Assembly (NCBI GenBank): GCA_013265495.1
Contig: MU058337.1
Span: 7,236,716-7,300,715, forward strand
Reading direction: 5' to 3'
DNA length: 64,000 nucleotides
DNA from: Vicugna vicugna
Lineage: Eukaryota
Both the position numbers and the translations under genes were made by a program. The notes beneath the pieces were generated by a model. That model was given only the letters and a program-made list of their open reading frames with translations, made no database searches and was not told where the DNA came from. Shown here piece after piece: positions 26,767-38,766 of this stretch. Positions within the stretch are counted from its first letter, which is position 1, and the number at the start of each line of letters is the position of its first letter.

Positions 26767-27045
26767 CTATAATTCTAGTCTTAATACAGTTGCAACAGAG
26801 GGAAGATGATAAGATGCTTCCGGAAGCCATCATGTTATAATTTTCCACTTAATCACACTAGGACAACATTTCTAGAAGACACCTACATCTCACCTGGCTC
26901 AAAGGACCACGAATGAACTGAAGCAAAGTGGACCTATTGTAATGAAATAATCTCTGGGTAATGGACAGACACTACATTCTAGACCCCTCCCACTTTCCAT
27001 CCCTCCCTGCCCTTCTTCCTTCCTTTCCCACATTTTTTTATTGAG

Positions 27046-27105
27046 TGCCAAGTCCTGAGTCAGCTATGCCAAGTCCTGAATCAGCTATAAGTCCTGAGTC
27101 AGCGA
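27046..27105. repeat. 21-bp tandem repeat, about 2.9 copies (TGCCAAGTCCTGAGTCAGCTA)
   Basis: Units at 27046-27066, 27067-27087 and a shortened unit at 27088-27105, read directly. Confidence 0.95.
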
Positions 27106-27629
27106 CTGGCATAAAAATGATTGGACCTGTCCATTTGATCAGACAGGAAAATAGATGATGATAATACAGGTATCCGGAAAGAAATATGATAAAGGGATCC
27201 TTGGGGTTCTGTGGAAGTCTACAGGAGGAAAACTTAACCATAATAGAAGAGGCAATTAAAGGCCAGTGGTAAAGGATATTTATGAGTTAAAATGATTTAC
27301 AGGTCTGAATGTTACAATTTAACCAATTAATTATGACCCTGTTAAAATGCAACAATAAAGAAAAGAGAAATTTGAGCAAAATTAATAACAAATAGTTTTT
27401 GATATTATTAGCATCACAAACTCTCTGTGGTACGCACAATTTGCAGAGGTGCTACTAAAACGTGAGAATGGTTCTCTTCATCCATTCTGAAGGGTTACCT
27501 GTCTAATTTCATCTTTTGGTTGCTTCCTGCCTTGTATTAAAAGGACAGTGAGTTGATTCTGCTAATATAAGTCCCATTTCCTTCCTCAAGTGCACTTCTC
27601 AAGACTACCACCCTTTCAATAAATGTTGC

Positions 27630-28480
27630 ATCTCAAATCTCTTAGTTTCTCAGACCAAAATCCTTGGAGTTATTCTTGACTTCTCTGTTTTTTCTTACAT
27701 TCCATGTCTCTTCCTTTAACAGATCCTATTGCCTTTGCCTTCAAAACAAATCCAGAATTATATCACTTTCCTGTAGAGCCTGTAATACCTTTTCAGTCTA
27801 AATCACTATCGTGACCTGGTGAGGGAAGAGCTAGGGTGTTCTCACGGTCTTCTCCCACAGTGGCCTTTTCACCATCAATTCTCTACTCAGCAGCAAGAGA
27901 AACATATTTAAAACTAAAGTGAGATACTCTCATGTCTCTGTTTGAAACTCTCCAACAGCCTGCCATTTCACAAAGATAAATTTGAAAGTTCTCATCATGG
28001 ACCACAAGTCCCTACGTGATTTATTCCAAGTTACTTCATCTCTTACCTTCTCTCTTGCCAACTCACACTGCTCCTGCCACCTGACCTCGTGACTTCAGAC
28101 ATGGTCCAAGCACACTCCCTCTTCTGGGATTGCTCAAGTCCAGAAACCCACACGGATCACTCCCTCACTTCATTCAGGTGTCTGTCCAAATGTCCCAAAC
28201 ACAGAGGTCTTCCTTGTCCATCTATCCTTCCTAAAATAGTGCACTCTGTACCACAATCTCTGCCATCATTCTTTATCCTTCCTCTGCTATGTTTTTCTTC
28301 ATTGCACTTATCACCACTTGATGTCTTATATGCTTGTGTTATAATATTTGTCTTATATAGGTACTAGAGTATAAGCTCCATGAAAGCATAGATTTTGTTT
28401 TGTTTACCCCACTATCCCAGTCCCTCGTTCAGGGCCTGACCTATGCCTATATAGTTCATAATTATAAATGAAGGCGTGAA
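27630..28480 (+). mobile_element. L2 LINE 3' portion
   Basis: 'cagaccaaaatccttggagttattcttgac..ccctcacttcattcaggtgtctg..ctagagtataagctccatgaaagca..aaatgaa'. Confidence 0.8.
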
Positions 28481-29099
28481 TGGCATATATTCTACTTTAT
28501 CACATTTCCTCTATAATTATATGACCTCTCTAGACTGTGAAGTCCTGAAGACATGATTACATATTATTCCTAGCCATCAGCCCACTATGTGGAAAGTAAA
28601 CTCACTATAAAAGAAGTTCTCTGAATATATCTCCCTCCCTCATATGGAAAACTGTAGGATCATAGACACAAAATGAATCTTAAGGCGTATTTGGTCCACA
28701 GCCATGCCTTCAGGGAAGACTACACTTAATACTTACTCTATTTTGAAAGGCCACCAGGAGAGAAGAATCCATCATTTTCTCTGTTTAACAACTTTCAGTC
28801 CAGGAGATTCTTACTTAAGCCAAATCTAAATCTCATTTTCTTTTATTCTGAGATCAGAAGATCTCAATTATACATCAATTATGCCTCAATTTAAAGAAAC
28901 AAACAAAAAGCTGGCAAGTATTTCTTTTCTTTTTTTCTTCTTTTTCTCTCTTTCCTTTTCACAAGGAATCCAGGATCATTTTAGAAAAAAACAAAGAAAA
29001 GAAAAAAGAAAAAAATTATCCTCAAAGATAATCTCTATTAATAGCCTTTCTTATTTACATGTGTGTATACATATATGTTAATAATAAATATTTCATTGA

Positions 29100-30360
29100 T
29101 GCATAATACATACAGAAAGAAGTATATAAATCACAAACAGCTTGATGAATAATTCAAAGTCCATAGACCAGGGTAACCACAAGTCAGGTCAAGAACTAGC
29201 CCTCCTCATTCCCACATTATTTCCTTTCTTGTCCCTAAATTTAACCACTGATATCTGACACTGTAGGTTATTTTTGTCTGTTTTTAAACTTCATACAAGT
29301 GGAACTATCTAGTTAGTACTCCATATATGCTGTGTTCTTTTGTGTCTGCCTTCTTTACTCAGCGTTATGTTTTGAGCTGCAGTGTATACACACACTACAC
29401 AATTTGTCTACTGACTCTCTCTTTAGTTGTATCTAATCAGCTTTTGAATTCACCAACCTTTAAAAAAATTTCAACTATATTTTTTATTTCTAGAATTTTT
29501 ACTTGATTTATTCTTTATAATTTCCAGTTTTCTAGAAAATTCTCCATCTTTTCAATTTCTTTAGTATATTAGACATATTTATTTTAAGATTCATTCTGAT
29601 TACTTAGATCTCTCCTGTGAGTATGTTTCCATTGTATATTTCTTCTCTTGGTTTTCTGTCAAGTCTTGCCTTCTTGTATGCCTGGTTATATCCTATAATT
29701 TTTCTTACACTAGTCTTGGTTATTTTTTTGAATTGAGGGCCATGCATTGTTTACAAAAAATTATAGAGATGGTTTGAGACTCCAAATGATGGTATCTTCC
29801 CCAGAAAGGATTTATGTTTACTTCTGGCACAGAACAAGGTTAGGGCAGAACATCTTAAGCTAACTCATTGAGCTGATTGGAAGCCAGACTTACTCCTTGT
29901 GGAAGTTCAGCTATTTCTGATTCACCCTTGCTCTTAGGAAGTAGTGCTTTGTGGTCCCAATCAAATCAAAACAACCAAAATTTCTGGGTTGTTTGCCAGA
30001 AATTCTTTTCCCTAGAGGGCACTGGAACCTCAACTTTGCCTGCCTGGCCCCGTGAAAATGCCAAACCTCTCCTTTGCTCTTTTGCCACTAAGTTGCCTCT
30101 TTCAAATTAGCAGTTGCCTCAAGGAGAAAAGTAGCTTCAAATGCCAGGTTCACCTCCCTTGGCTTCCCTCTCTTCTGGATCTTGGCTCCACAAATTGCCT
30201 TGCTAGTCCTCTGACAGCTTCAATCACATGGGATTTTTTTTTTCTTCTTCATTAATTCATCTATTAATTAATTTGTCTAGCTTTTCTAGTTGTTCTTCAT
30301 GGCAGGATTATTCTGAAATAATAATGAGTCATTGTGAGCCATTGCCAGAAGCAGAATTCT
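29100..30360 (-). mobile_element. Old L1M fragments
   Basis: T-rich antisense L1 signature ('tttcaactatattttttatttctagaattttt'). Heavily diverged. Confidence 0.55.
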
Positions 30361-31326
30361 ACATATAGTCTAGTGAAAAATGTTACTATAATATACTTAC
30401 ATTCCTATAGCTTTTCTCACTTATCCTTATGTGAACCGTGTATATCTCTAATAAATATGCCAATATTAATTTACACAATAATTTAAAACCACTGTATAGA
30501 ATTTATACCATTCCATGAGTTAATGATAATTTTTTAGACAAATCTTTATAATTGGGCATTTCAGCTGTTTGTATTTTTTCTCCACTATAAACAGTCATAT
30601 GATGCTAGTCTTCAGATACACATTCCTAGGTAGTTGTAATTATTCCCTAATTATATCTTGAAATAAAAATCTTTATTTTATTTGAAATAAAAATTTAAAA
30701 GTATGAATATTTTGAGGTTTTTGTTATGTATTACTAAAGATCCCTCTAGGAAAATCAAACCAATTTATATTTCCACCAGCTGTGTGTAAGTGCCAGTTTC
30801 CCTATATTTTTACACACTTTCTGAGCAACAGAATTTTAATTTTTAAACTTGCCTGTGTCTGACATAAATAAACAAATATTTATTAGGCGATTCTTCTGTT
30901 TCCCCATACCAGGCACACTCTTGGGATTATAAGAAAAACAAAAAACAAAACTAAACTTGGACCCTGACCTTAATTTTGACTTCATGATTCTTCACAGATA
31001 TGCTATAACTCTTTTTTTATTATGAACGTTTATTGGTAATGTTCCTGGAAGGCCTGAATCCTCCGTATGGAAACTGACTTCCTTGTGTTCTCACCAGTTG
31101 TATATGTATTTTGGACCCTGCCTTTATCTTTAACTACAATCATGTACGATGGATTTATTTACAATATATCTCCCAGGGTAGCGCCTTGGCCTCAACTCTA
31201 ACCTACCCATGTGGCGTGACTGTAGTTTCTTTTTCCTTCTTCCTGTACTTCCCTAAACTTGTCCTGCTTGAACTCTATTCAGTGGTCTGACCACTCACCC
31301 AACTCACCAAGGTCACTCATCCAGAT

Positions 31327-31549
31327 GAGGGTTCAACAAACCAAGGCCCCAGGGACAAATCTGGCTTGCCACCTGCGTTTGTAAACAGCATTTCCTTGGA
31401 ACACATCCTGCTGGATTATATGCACATTGTCTGCGGGTACTTTGCTGACACCACAGTGGAGCTAAGTAACTGTGACAAGAGGTCGTGTGGTCCACAAACC
31501 TAAAATATCCCCTGTTCAGCCCTTTATGGGAAAAGTCTGCCAATCTCTG
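31327..31549 (+). mobile_element. MER58A-like hAT DNA transposon
   Basis: 'caaatctggc..gtttgtaaa..ttggaacaca..tgtgac..cacaaacctaaaatat..ccctttatgggaaaagtctgccaatctctg'. Confidence 0.8.
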
Positions 31550-32042
31550 ACCCATATACCTTTGTAAGAAGATTTGAACCTAGTAAGAAAGATTTTCCCT
31601 GCCACCAGATTAAGCAGCTGTGCAGAGCAAACCTCCAATTCCCCGACTCCAGCAGGCATAGGGCTCTTGTCTGCTCATTTTATTAAGGGTACAGTCCCTC
31701 CTTCCCCCATGAAACTGTCCTCTGTCTCTGGATTCCTTGATCTGAAGCTGGCTGAATTGTTACCTCTCATGATGTAGGACCTGGATCATTGGTAGACTTT
31801 GGACTCAGTAGGTACAGGGGATGAAAATTTATGAAATCCACATCTATAAAAAGAAGCATAGAATTTATATGGTTCACTGGCCTGGTGACAAGAGGGTGCT
31901 CCCCACCAAAGGCTACTGGCCTGGGGCTCTGGGTGCCTTGGCACTGCCCAGCTGTCAGAGACTTCAGGCATGGACCTCTGCCATACCAGTGTGCCACAGC
32001 CCAGCACTTAGGAGGCTGTTGGTATAAAAAAAAACCAGAAAA

Positions 32043-32150
32043 GGGGGGAGGGGAGGGTATAGCTTGGTGGTACAGCTCATGCTTAACATGCCGGAGGTCC
32101 TGAGTTCAATCCCCAGTACCTCCATAATTAATACATAAATCTGAAAAAAA
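32043..32150 (+). mobile_element. Vic-1-like tRNA-derived SINE (short form)
   Basis: 'ggggagggtatagcttggtggtacagctcatgcttaacatgccggaggtcctgagttcaatccccagtacctcca' followed by an A-rich tail. Confidence 0.9.
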
Positions 32151-32286
32151 AGACCAAAAATGAAAAGGTCTTTAGGTTCAAGGACCCTGACTAAACATGT
32201 TTATGGCTTTTGATCTCCTACTCAGTTTTCAAGGGCGTTATGTCACTAGGGCAATCACAAACCTGTGACTATTTAATTCCCAAAAC

Positions 32287-32839
32287 CACGGTTCCCAAAA
32301 TTTGCCCCAAGGGGCCCTGAGTACTGCAGAGAATTTATAGAGGCTCCATGGAATATTTTAAAATTTCTAGGAAATACAGCAATATGAAACATCTGTCAGA
32401 CACCATACTGACAGGGAGTCTGTTTCAATATGAGATGATGCTACGTCCTTTTCAATGGTGTCATATATCTGCAAGGCCGTTGCTTATATTTTTGGCAGAT
32501 GCTATGATAAAAAGCACAAAAATCAATGTGAAACAAGAACTGAAGGTGGTGATGCCCAATCTGATTCTAAGATTTGCAAAGTTGCGCAGTGTCCAACAGG
32601 AACACATGTCCTCTTACCAAGTAATTGTGATGACTTAAGAATGAAATTAAAATATTATCATTTCCTAATTTACAGTATCATTTCTTCAAATGGCTTCTAA
32701 GTTATGAAGACAGAAATACTTCAGTTGTGTGTACCTAGCTTCCTAGTTAATTAATTGTTAGGTATTTCTTTTGCCTCAGAGACGCCATGGAAAATTAAGA
32801 TACGGAGGGTGTTGTAAAGGAGAAAGTTTGGTACCTCTG
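32287..32839 (+). mobile_element. MER119-like hAT-Charlie DNA transposon, near full length
   Basis: Imperfect TIRs cacggttcccaaa / tttggtacctctg. Internal 'aaaatcaatgtgaaacaagaa..ccaatctgattc..aagttg..cagtg.ccaacagg' recalled from MER119. Confidence 0.75.
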
Positions 32840-34638
32840 CACTAGGACAATCCCCAGGATCCCAAATCCTAACCAGTAGGGCTTTGGAGAAGAGGTACCT
32901 ACACATGGATGGATATGTGTAGGTTGGCTATACCATGTTGGGGCACGGGGTGCAGAAGAAATTATATGTATGGAAAAGAGAATATGTGTGTGTGTGTGTT
33001 TATGTGCATGCGTATGCTCGTGATGGGCAGCCCAGGGGTGGAATGTATCAGGCCAAGAGTCTTTTTTCCGTTGGGAAACTGCCCCTTCCACATAGCATGC
33101 TAGTTGGATTGGACTCTGCCACCTCTGCGTCTTGTCCTCTTGTCACAAGGATACACACACACAAATTTGGGTTCCTCCACTAGTTGTGGCCTAGGGGCAC
33201 TGGGTAAGAGAAAGTCACTGTCTCTGGGATTTCAAGGACCATACAGAGTGACTCTTGACATCACACTGAGAGAACGTATATGAGGATGAAGCCTTGCAGA
33301 GGTTCGCAGGAGTGACATACAAAGACAGCATTCTGATTTAATATTGAACCCATCCTCCTGGATTTATCCATGCCTGATTTAGCCAAGCTTGGAATTTCGT
33401 CTCTGAGCTAAAATTTCCCTTTTGTGCTTATGGAGGTTTGAGCTAGGTTTCTGTCACTTATTCAAAGAGCTCTAACAGTCTCACTAACATAGCTTCTTAG
33501 GAAACCAAATAAATCTGGGCCAGAAAATCAAGGTATGAGACTACATGCTTATCTTTTTGTAGGCGACGTCTTGATGGCAAGGTGGCATTAGATCTGTATT
33601 TTCACGAGGACTTCAAGGATCCTTGGTTCTGTGCATTCTGGAGTTAATGTGTGCAACTCACTGGTGCATGGTACCTTTGTGTGGTTATACAGTCTTCCTT
33701 AAGCACCTAATTCCCTAGGTCTCCTTGCAGTGAAAATTAAAGTCATTTTCTGCAGTTTGTCTTCCTTGTCAGAAAACAGGGCCAAGGGCCTTTAAGAACT
33801 GGTGCTGCAGTTCCGTGACTGTAAGACGGATGACATCACCCTTCTGGGGATGATTTCATTTATGCCCTTTCTGGATGCATCTGAAAGCAAACCCAGCCTC
33901 AGAGGAGAGGGAAATACTCACACACAGAACCTGATAAGTCTTTGTGTACTGAAGCCTTTATAAGCTGATTGGCAGGGTCAAGTGGCCACTATTCAGAGGG
34001 TGACGAGCCCTGTTAATTGGCTCTTTGCCAGGCAAAACTGCACATGAGAATTCTTCTAGTGAGCCGGTTCCAGTGAGGCCCCCTGAGCGGCCTAAGCTTC
34101 CCTCGTGTGAGCCCCTAGAACTGTCCCGCCAGGAATGAACAATAAAAAGCCCCCTGGCCTGCTGGGGGCTCAGACTCCGCCCGCCTGGTCAGTTTCACCT
34201 GCACGTGCAGTGATACTCAGTGGCGAAGGCGGCACAGGAGAGAAAGACAGATCCTGTTAAAGAACAACCTCTTGGCTGAAATGAGTGCTTATTACTTTTG
34301 ATGTGCTCTTTGAAAAATACTCTGAACTCTTTTCCCGTCCGTTTTGCCATCCTTTCCAGACGATTCCTTCTAATTAGAAATATTTGAAAGCACCTGCTTC
34401 CGCTCTCAGTTGTCCAGTGATTGGAGGTTAGTGTTCTGGTTTCTGTGCAAGATAAGGTTTAGGGACTACACCCAAGGAAATACGAAGCAATGCCTATGAG
34501 CAGAAACGTGAAATGTGAAGTGGGTAGAAAGGTCCCCAGGCCCTGGGAGAGGAGAAAGGAAGTGCTCCTGCGTGGAGCTGAGCCTGGAAGAGCCAGTGAA
34601 AGAGGGTGATCAGAAACGCATACAGAGTGAAAGGAGTG

Positions 34639-35020
34639 TGTTGTGGGCTGAATTGTGTCCCCTTGCCCCATTTCTATGTTAAAGTTTTGATCTGAAGTGT
34701 CTTAGAATGTGACTGGATTTGGAGACAGGATCTTTAAAGAGTTAATCAACATGAAGTCATTAGAGTGAACCCTAATCAAATATGATGAGTGTTCTTACAA
34801 GAAGAGGAGATCAGGACACACACACACAGACACCCACAGGTACAGGGGGAGACTGTGTATGGACACAGGGGGAAAATGGTCATCTATCAGCCAGAGAGGA
34901 CTCAGAAGAATCCAATCCTGCTGACACCTTGATCTTGGACTTCTAGCTTCCAAAACTGTGAGGAAATGAATTTCCGTTGTTTAAGCCACCCAGTCCGTGG
35001 TACTCTGTAATGGAGCCCAA
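34639..35020 (+). mobile_element. MLT1 (B/C-like) MaLR LTR
   Basis: 'tgttgtgggctgaattgtgtccc..agaatgtgact..tttggagacagg..ctgctgacaccttgatcttggacttctag..gtttaagccacccagtc'. Confidence 0.9.
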
Positions 35021-38000
35021 GATGCAGGATGCACCCAAACTGACTTAGGGTGACATTGCTGTGAGAGAGAGCCCTCTGGGCCTCACATCCCAGAATCAAA
35101 CTTCATTCGCCCCATTCCTCATTGTAGCTGGATCTTTTCTAGGGCTTTAGCATATATTTTCTTGCTGTCATGTCATCCAACTGTGACGAGACATGCTTCT
35201 TTATACTGATCTGAATTATCTGTCTTCCTCTTTTGTGTCTTCACCTGCTTAACATGTGTAAAAATTTGTTAAGCCTTCTGTTAGTTACTTATCCGAGCTA
35301 CTCATATTTCTCTTTAAAGTTCACCATGTAAGTCCCTTTCTTTAATCTGTAAATTTAAATTGCTAATGTGCTTCTTGTCTAGCTGTTCTTTATAAAGTGG
35401 CATTTGGGGGTGTTTATCTTTTCAACTCAGAAGAAGTGAAGGGACTGATTGTTGAATTCTTGTTTTCATCTGAGCTTTTTGAGCTCTGCTGAGACGATGA
35501 GCTGGCTTAGGGGAAGTCAATACACAAGGGTTCTATATTTGGAGGGGTATGCAAATGTCCTTTGTGGTCCCGAATATATGTGAGAGCACAATTCATTGCC
35601 CAATTCATGTCTTTAAGTCAACACAAAAGACAAAGAGGGTCAGGGGATGAAAATAATTCCATGGGTTAGTAAGTATCTCCATGGAGACCAGAAAATGCAT
35701 AATCTCTATGGAGACCCTCAAACTCTCTCCTTCTGAAACTACACTAGTGTATGATCTGTTGTAATTTTAATTGAGGGTGGAGGGAAATTGACAAGATGAA
35801 GAGGATGAGAGGATTATCCTGTTCTTTCCTTAGTGGCAATTATGGCTATTGTGACTCTCATTTTAATCAATTGGTATTGTAAAATTCTGAAGTTAGGATT
35901 CTGGGAGACCATGTACCCAGGATAGAATGAGGCATTGGACGACCCAGTTGCTTATATGCCCAGCACTGAAGGAGATGTTTGACATAGGTTGGCTTTCCAA
36001 AAATGTGTTCATATCTCTGGTGAATGCAACAAACAACCAGGCAGGATCTCATCATTGGTTCAATCTCTGCTCTGTCAGTCATCTCTGCTCTGCTAAAACA
36101 AAGGGAGAGGGCTACTGGCGGGGGAATCCTGGGTAATGTCTGCATATGACCGAGTGGAACCAGTTACTCCTATTTTGCTTCTCTCTTCTCTTTCAAAGAG
36201 AATGCCGCTCAATTGTATAAATATGGTCAAAGGAGAAAACGAAGCTTAGTTGTGGTGAGGAGATAAACAGGGCTTAGGGAAACAGACCAGCTAATGAATG
36301 CAAGTCACTGTATCCAGATAGATTCTGTCCTGTTGTGACCTCCATGTTCCTAGCCTCACTAGCCTCTGGATACAAAATGGGACTTTGAACACTTTTATGC
36401 CCAAACTATTATGGTCCAATGCCCCTGTGGCTCATTGGTTGGAAACTACCCATTGCAAAGTGGGCCCAAGGGTTCTTTGAGTTTACTATTGTAATGCCTT
36501 AGATCCATCCCCAAACATTTTTGTCTACTTGTCCTGTTTCTTTCTCGTCTTACTGCTGTTATTGGCCTGACGGTTGACCCTAAGGGGAGACCTCTTAGCA
36601 TGATCTCTATTGGTTGACGACTGACTGAAAAAAGTCATCAGTTCCAGGGATAGCTACTGCTAAATCCTTGTGTATGTACTTCCAGGTTTTCTCTATTTAC
36701 ACATAAAATTATATATATGTAAATGAGGTAATTTAAATATAATTTCATATACATGAAGTAGCTTGAGATCAGAGTGTACACACTGCTTTATACCCTGCAT
36801 TTTCTTAACAATATATAATGCAAATATTTTTCCCTGTTACTAAATATTTAAATACATCATCATGCTAAATGACTGTATGAATATAAGTTACTTAACAATC
36901 TCTGTTAGACTTTGAATCTGGTCCCAGTTTCCCCATAATCATAAATATCACTGCACCACATATTTTTATATCCATTCTTCTGTCCTTCTCCGTTGTTTCC
37001 TTAGGATGTGTTACCGTAAGTAGGAATTCTGGGTTGAAGATGTTGAACATTTTTAAGATTCATGCTCTTGCCTGTTTTGCTGTCCATCTCTTCATATACC
37101 CATTCTTTAGGTACAAAATTTACACAAGCTGGTGAGCTCCTCAGTATCAGGGTGCATGTTTTTCTTAACTTTGTATTTGCTGCATTCTCTTCACAGTACT
37201 TTGGGGTGGCAGGGCTTCACCACGCAGCGACAATGCTGCACTAATGAAAACCATGAAAGTATCTGAAAGCATCCTGGAGGACACCAAGGAAAAACACACA
37301 TATTTCCAAAGGGAATGCAGGGACCGCATGTTAGCATCTCACTCCTCGTCTGACCCAGAGCACCCAAGAGAACTCTGTGACTGTAGTGACACTTCAGAGA
37401 ATAAACACGCCATACTTTGGCGGGGGAATTTTTAGTCTCCTCCAAAAGTCTAAACTCTCAGGGGCTCATTTTTGTATGTCCAACCTCGCCCAGCCATGGT
37501 CCAACTTGGTTATTCACAGGCATGAATAAGATGCCAGGGTCCTAACACCCTGAAATGAAGATCACTTCAGTGGCTGCCACTGTGTCGTTGTAAATAAAAC
37601 ACAATTTTCTGAAGGCAGAACTGACTCATGCCTTCTTATTTCTTTCCTCTGTAGTCGGAGAAGTGAATAAAAGGTGGAGGCAGCCGAAATAGCGGGAGAG
37701 GGCCAGGGGAAAGTCTAGACACGGTTTCCTTCCATTGTCTTCCCTTCCTTCTTGCCTCTCCCTCCCCCACTTTTTCCCTTCTCGAGGGTGGACGCTCCCG
37801 CCTCCGTCCGGGCCCCAGAGATGGTGGGGTTCAGTCCTCTCACTTCTGAGCTACGTTTACAGCGCCTAGCGTTGCAAACGGGGTATTTCCAAGTAGCCAA
37901 AGCACTGGGAATTAACAGCTCTCGGCCTCTCCCCTCTCGGTTTCCTCCTTGGGTTGGTTGGAAACTTCACCCAAACACCGAAGAAGCTCCGCCCCGGTAG

Positions 38001-38641
38001 TTTTGAACCGGCCACTGGCTGAGGCCCCGCTGGGCACTCTCCCTGCCATGGTCCCCCTGCCCTAGACTCTGCCCTCGGAGGTCGCCTGGAGCCCGTTTCC
38101 CCGGGGCCAGGCGGAGAAAGGCGGGCTTGCCTGGAGGACTGGGGGGAATGTGGCAGAATAAGAGTTGGCGCTCACAGCTCCCTCGCCGCCCAGACCGCTG
38201 GGCACCCGACCGGCCCAGGCCTCGGGGAAGGGCGTAGGCACGCGGCCCACCCCCGGCTCCAACCGGCCCCCTCGCCGGATGGGGGGCGCCCCAACTGAGG
38301 CCCACTCCCCGCACCCGCTCGCGCGCCCTCCTCCCCACTCCGCCCCGCCCCGCCAGCTGGGGCGGGGGTGCAGCCCGCGGTAGACGCGCGGACCTCCACC
38401 CGCCCCGGAGGCGGCGGCGCTGGCGGCTGCGGCCTAGGGCGCCTGGCGGCCGAGAGCCTCCTCCCCCTCCCGGAAGCGCGGGGCGGGGTCCCCGGCCGGG
38501 CCGCGGGGGCGGGCGCGGGGGCCGGGCCGGGGCGGGGCGCGGCGCGCTCGGCTCTCGGCGCTCGCGGGCTCGGCAGGCAGTGCGCGCCCACTCCGGCTCC
38601 AGGCGGCTACCGCGCGGGCCCAGGCCGCCTGGTTCCAGCCG

Positions 38642-38689
38642 AGCAGCAGCGGTAGCAGCAGCAGCAGCAGCAGCGGTAGCGGCGGCAGC
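38642..38689 (+). repeat. Interrupted trinucleotide repeat (AGC)3 GGT (AGC)7 GGT AGC (GGC)2 AGC
   Basis: Read directly from the sequence. Lies in the presumed 5' UTR. Confidence 0.95.
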
Positions 38690-38736
38690 TCGTGGCGAGG
38701 CCCCGTGCCCCTCGCAGCTCCTCCCCGGCGCGGTGC

Positions 38737-38766
38737 ATGGAGACGCGGCCCGCTGCCCGCCCCTGA
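38737..38766 (+). promoter_or_regulatory. Upstream ORF in the presumed STK24 5' UTR (METRPAARP*)
   Basis: ATG GAG ACG CGG CCC GCT GCC CGC CCC TGA read directly. It is out of frame with the main ATG and ends about 190 nt upstream of it. Being a uORF depends on the TSS lying upstream of 38737. Confidence 0.6.

Noticed and set aside
27046..27105. Possible CRISPR-like direct repeats
   Set aside because: The units are adjacent with no unique spacers, there are no cas genes, and the context is mammalian.
28920..29015. T/C-rich tract followed by an A/G-rich tract resembling a long hairpin or terminator
   Set aside because: Low-complexity, imperfect complementarity, consistent with simple repeats.
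32348..32638. 96-aa ORF with faint hAT transposase C-terminal character
   Set aside because: It lies inside a decayed non-autonomous MER119-like element, with no evidence of domestication.
1..37900. Exons of a neighbouring gene or a processed pseudogene in the upstream region
   Set aside because: None of the supplied ORFs resembles a protein I recognise, and many overlap identifiable repeats.
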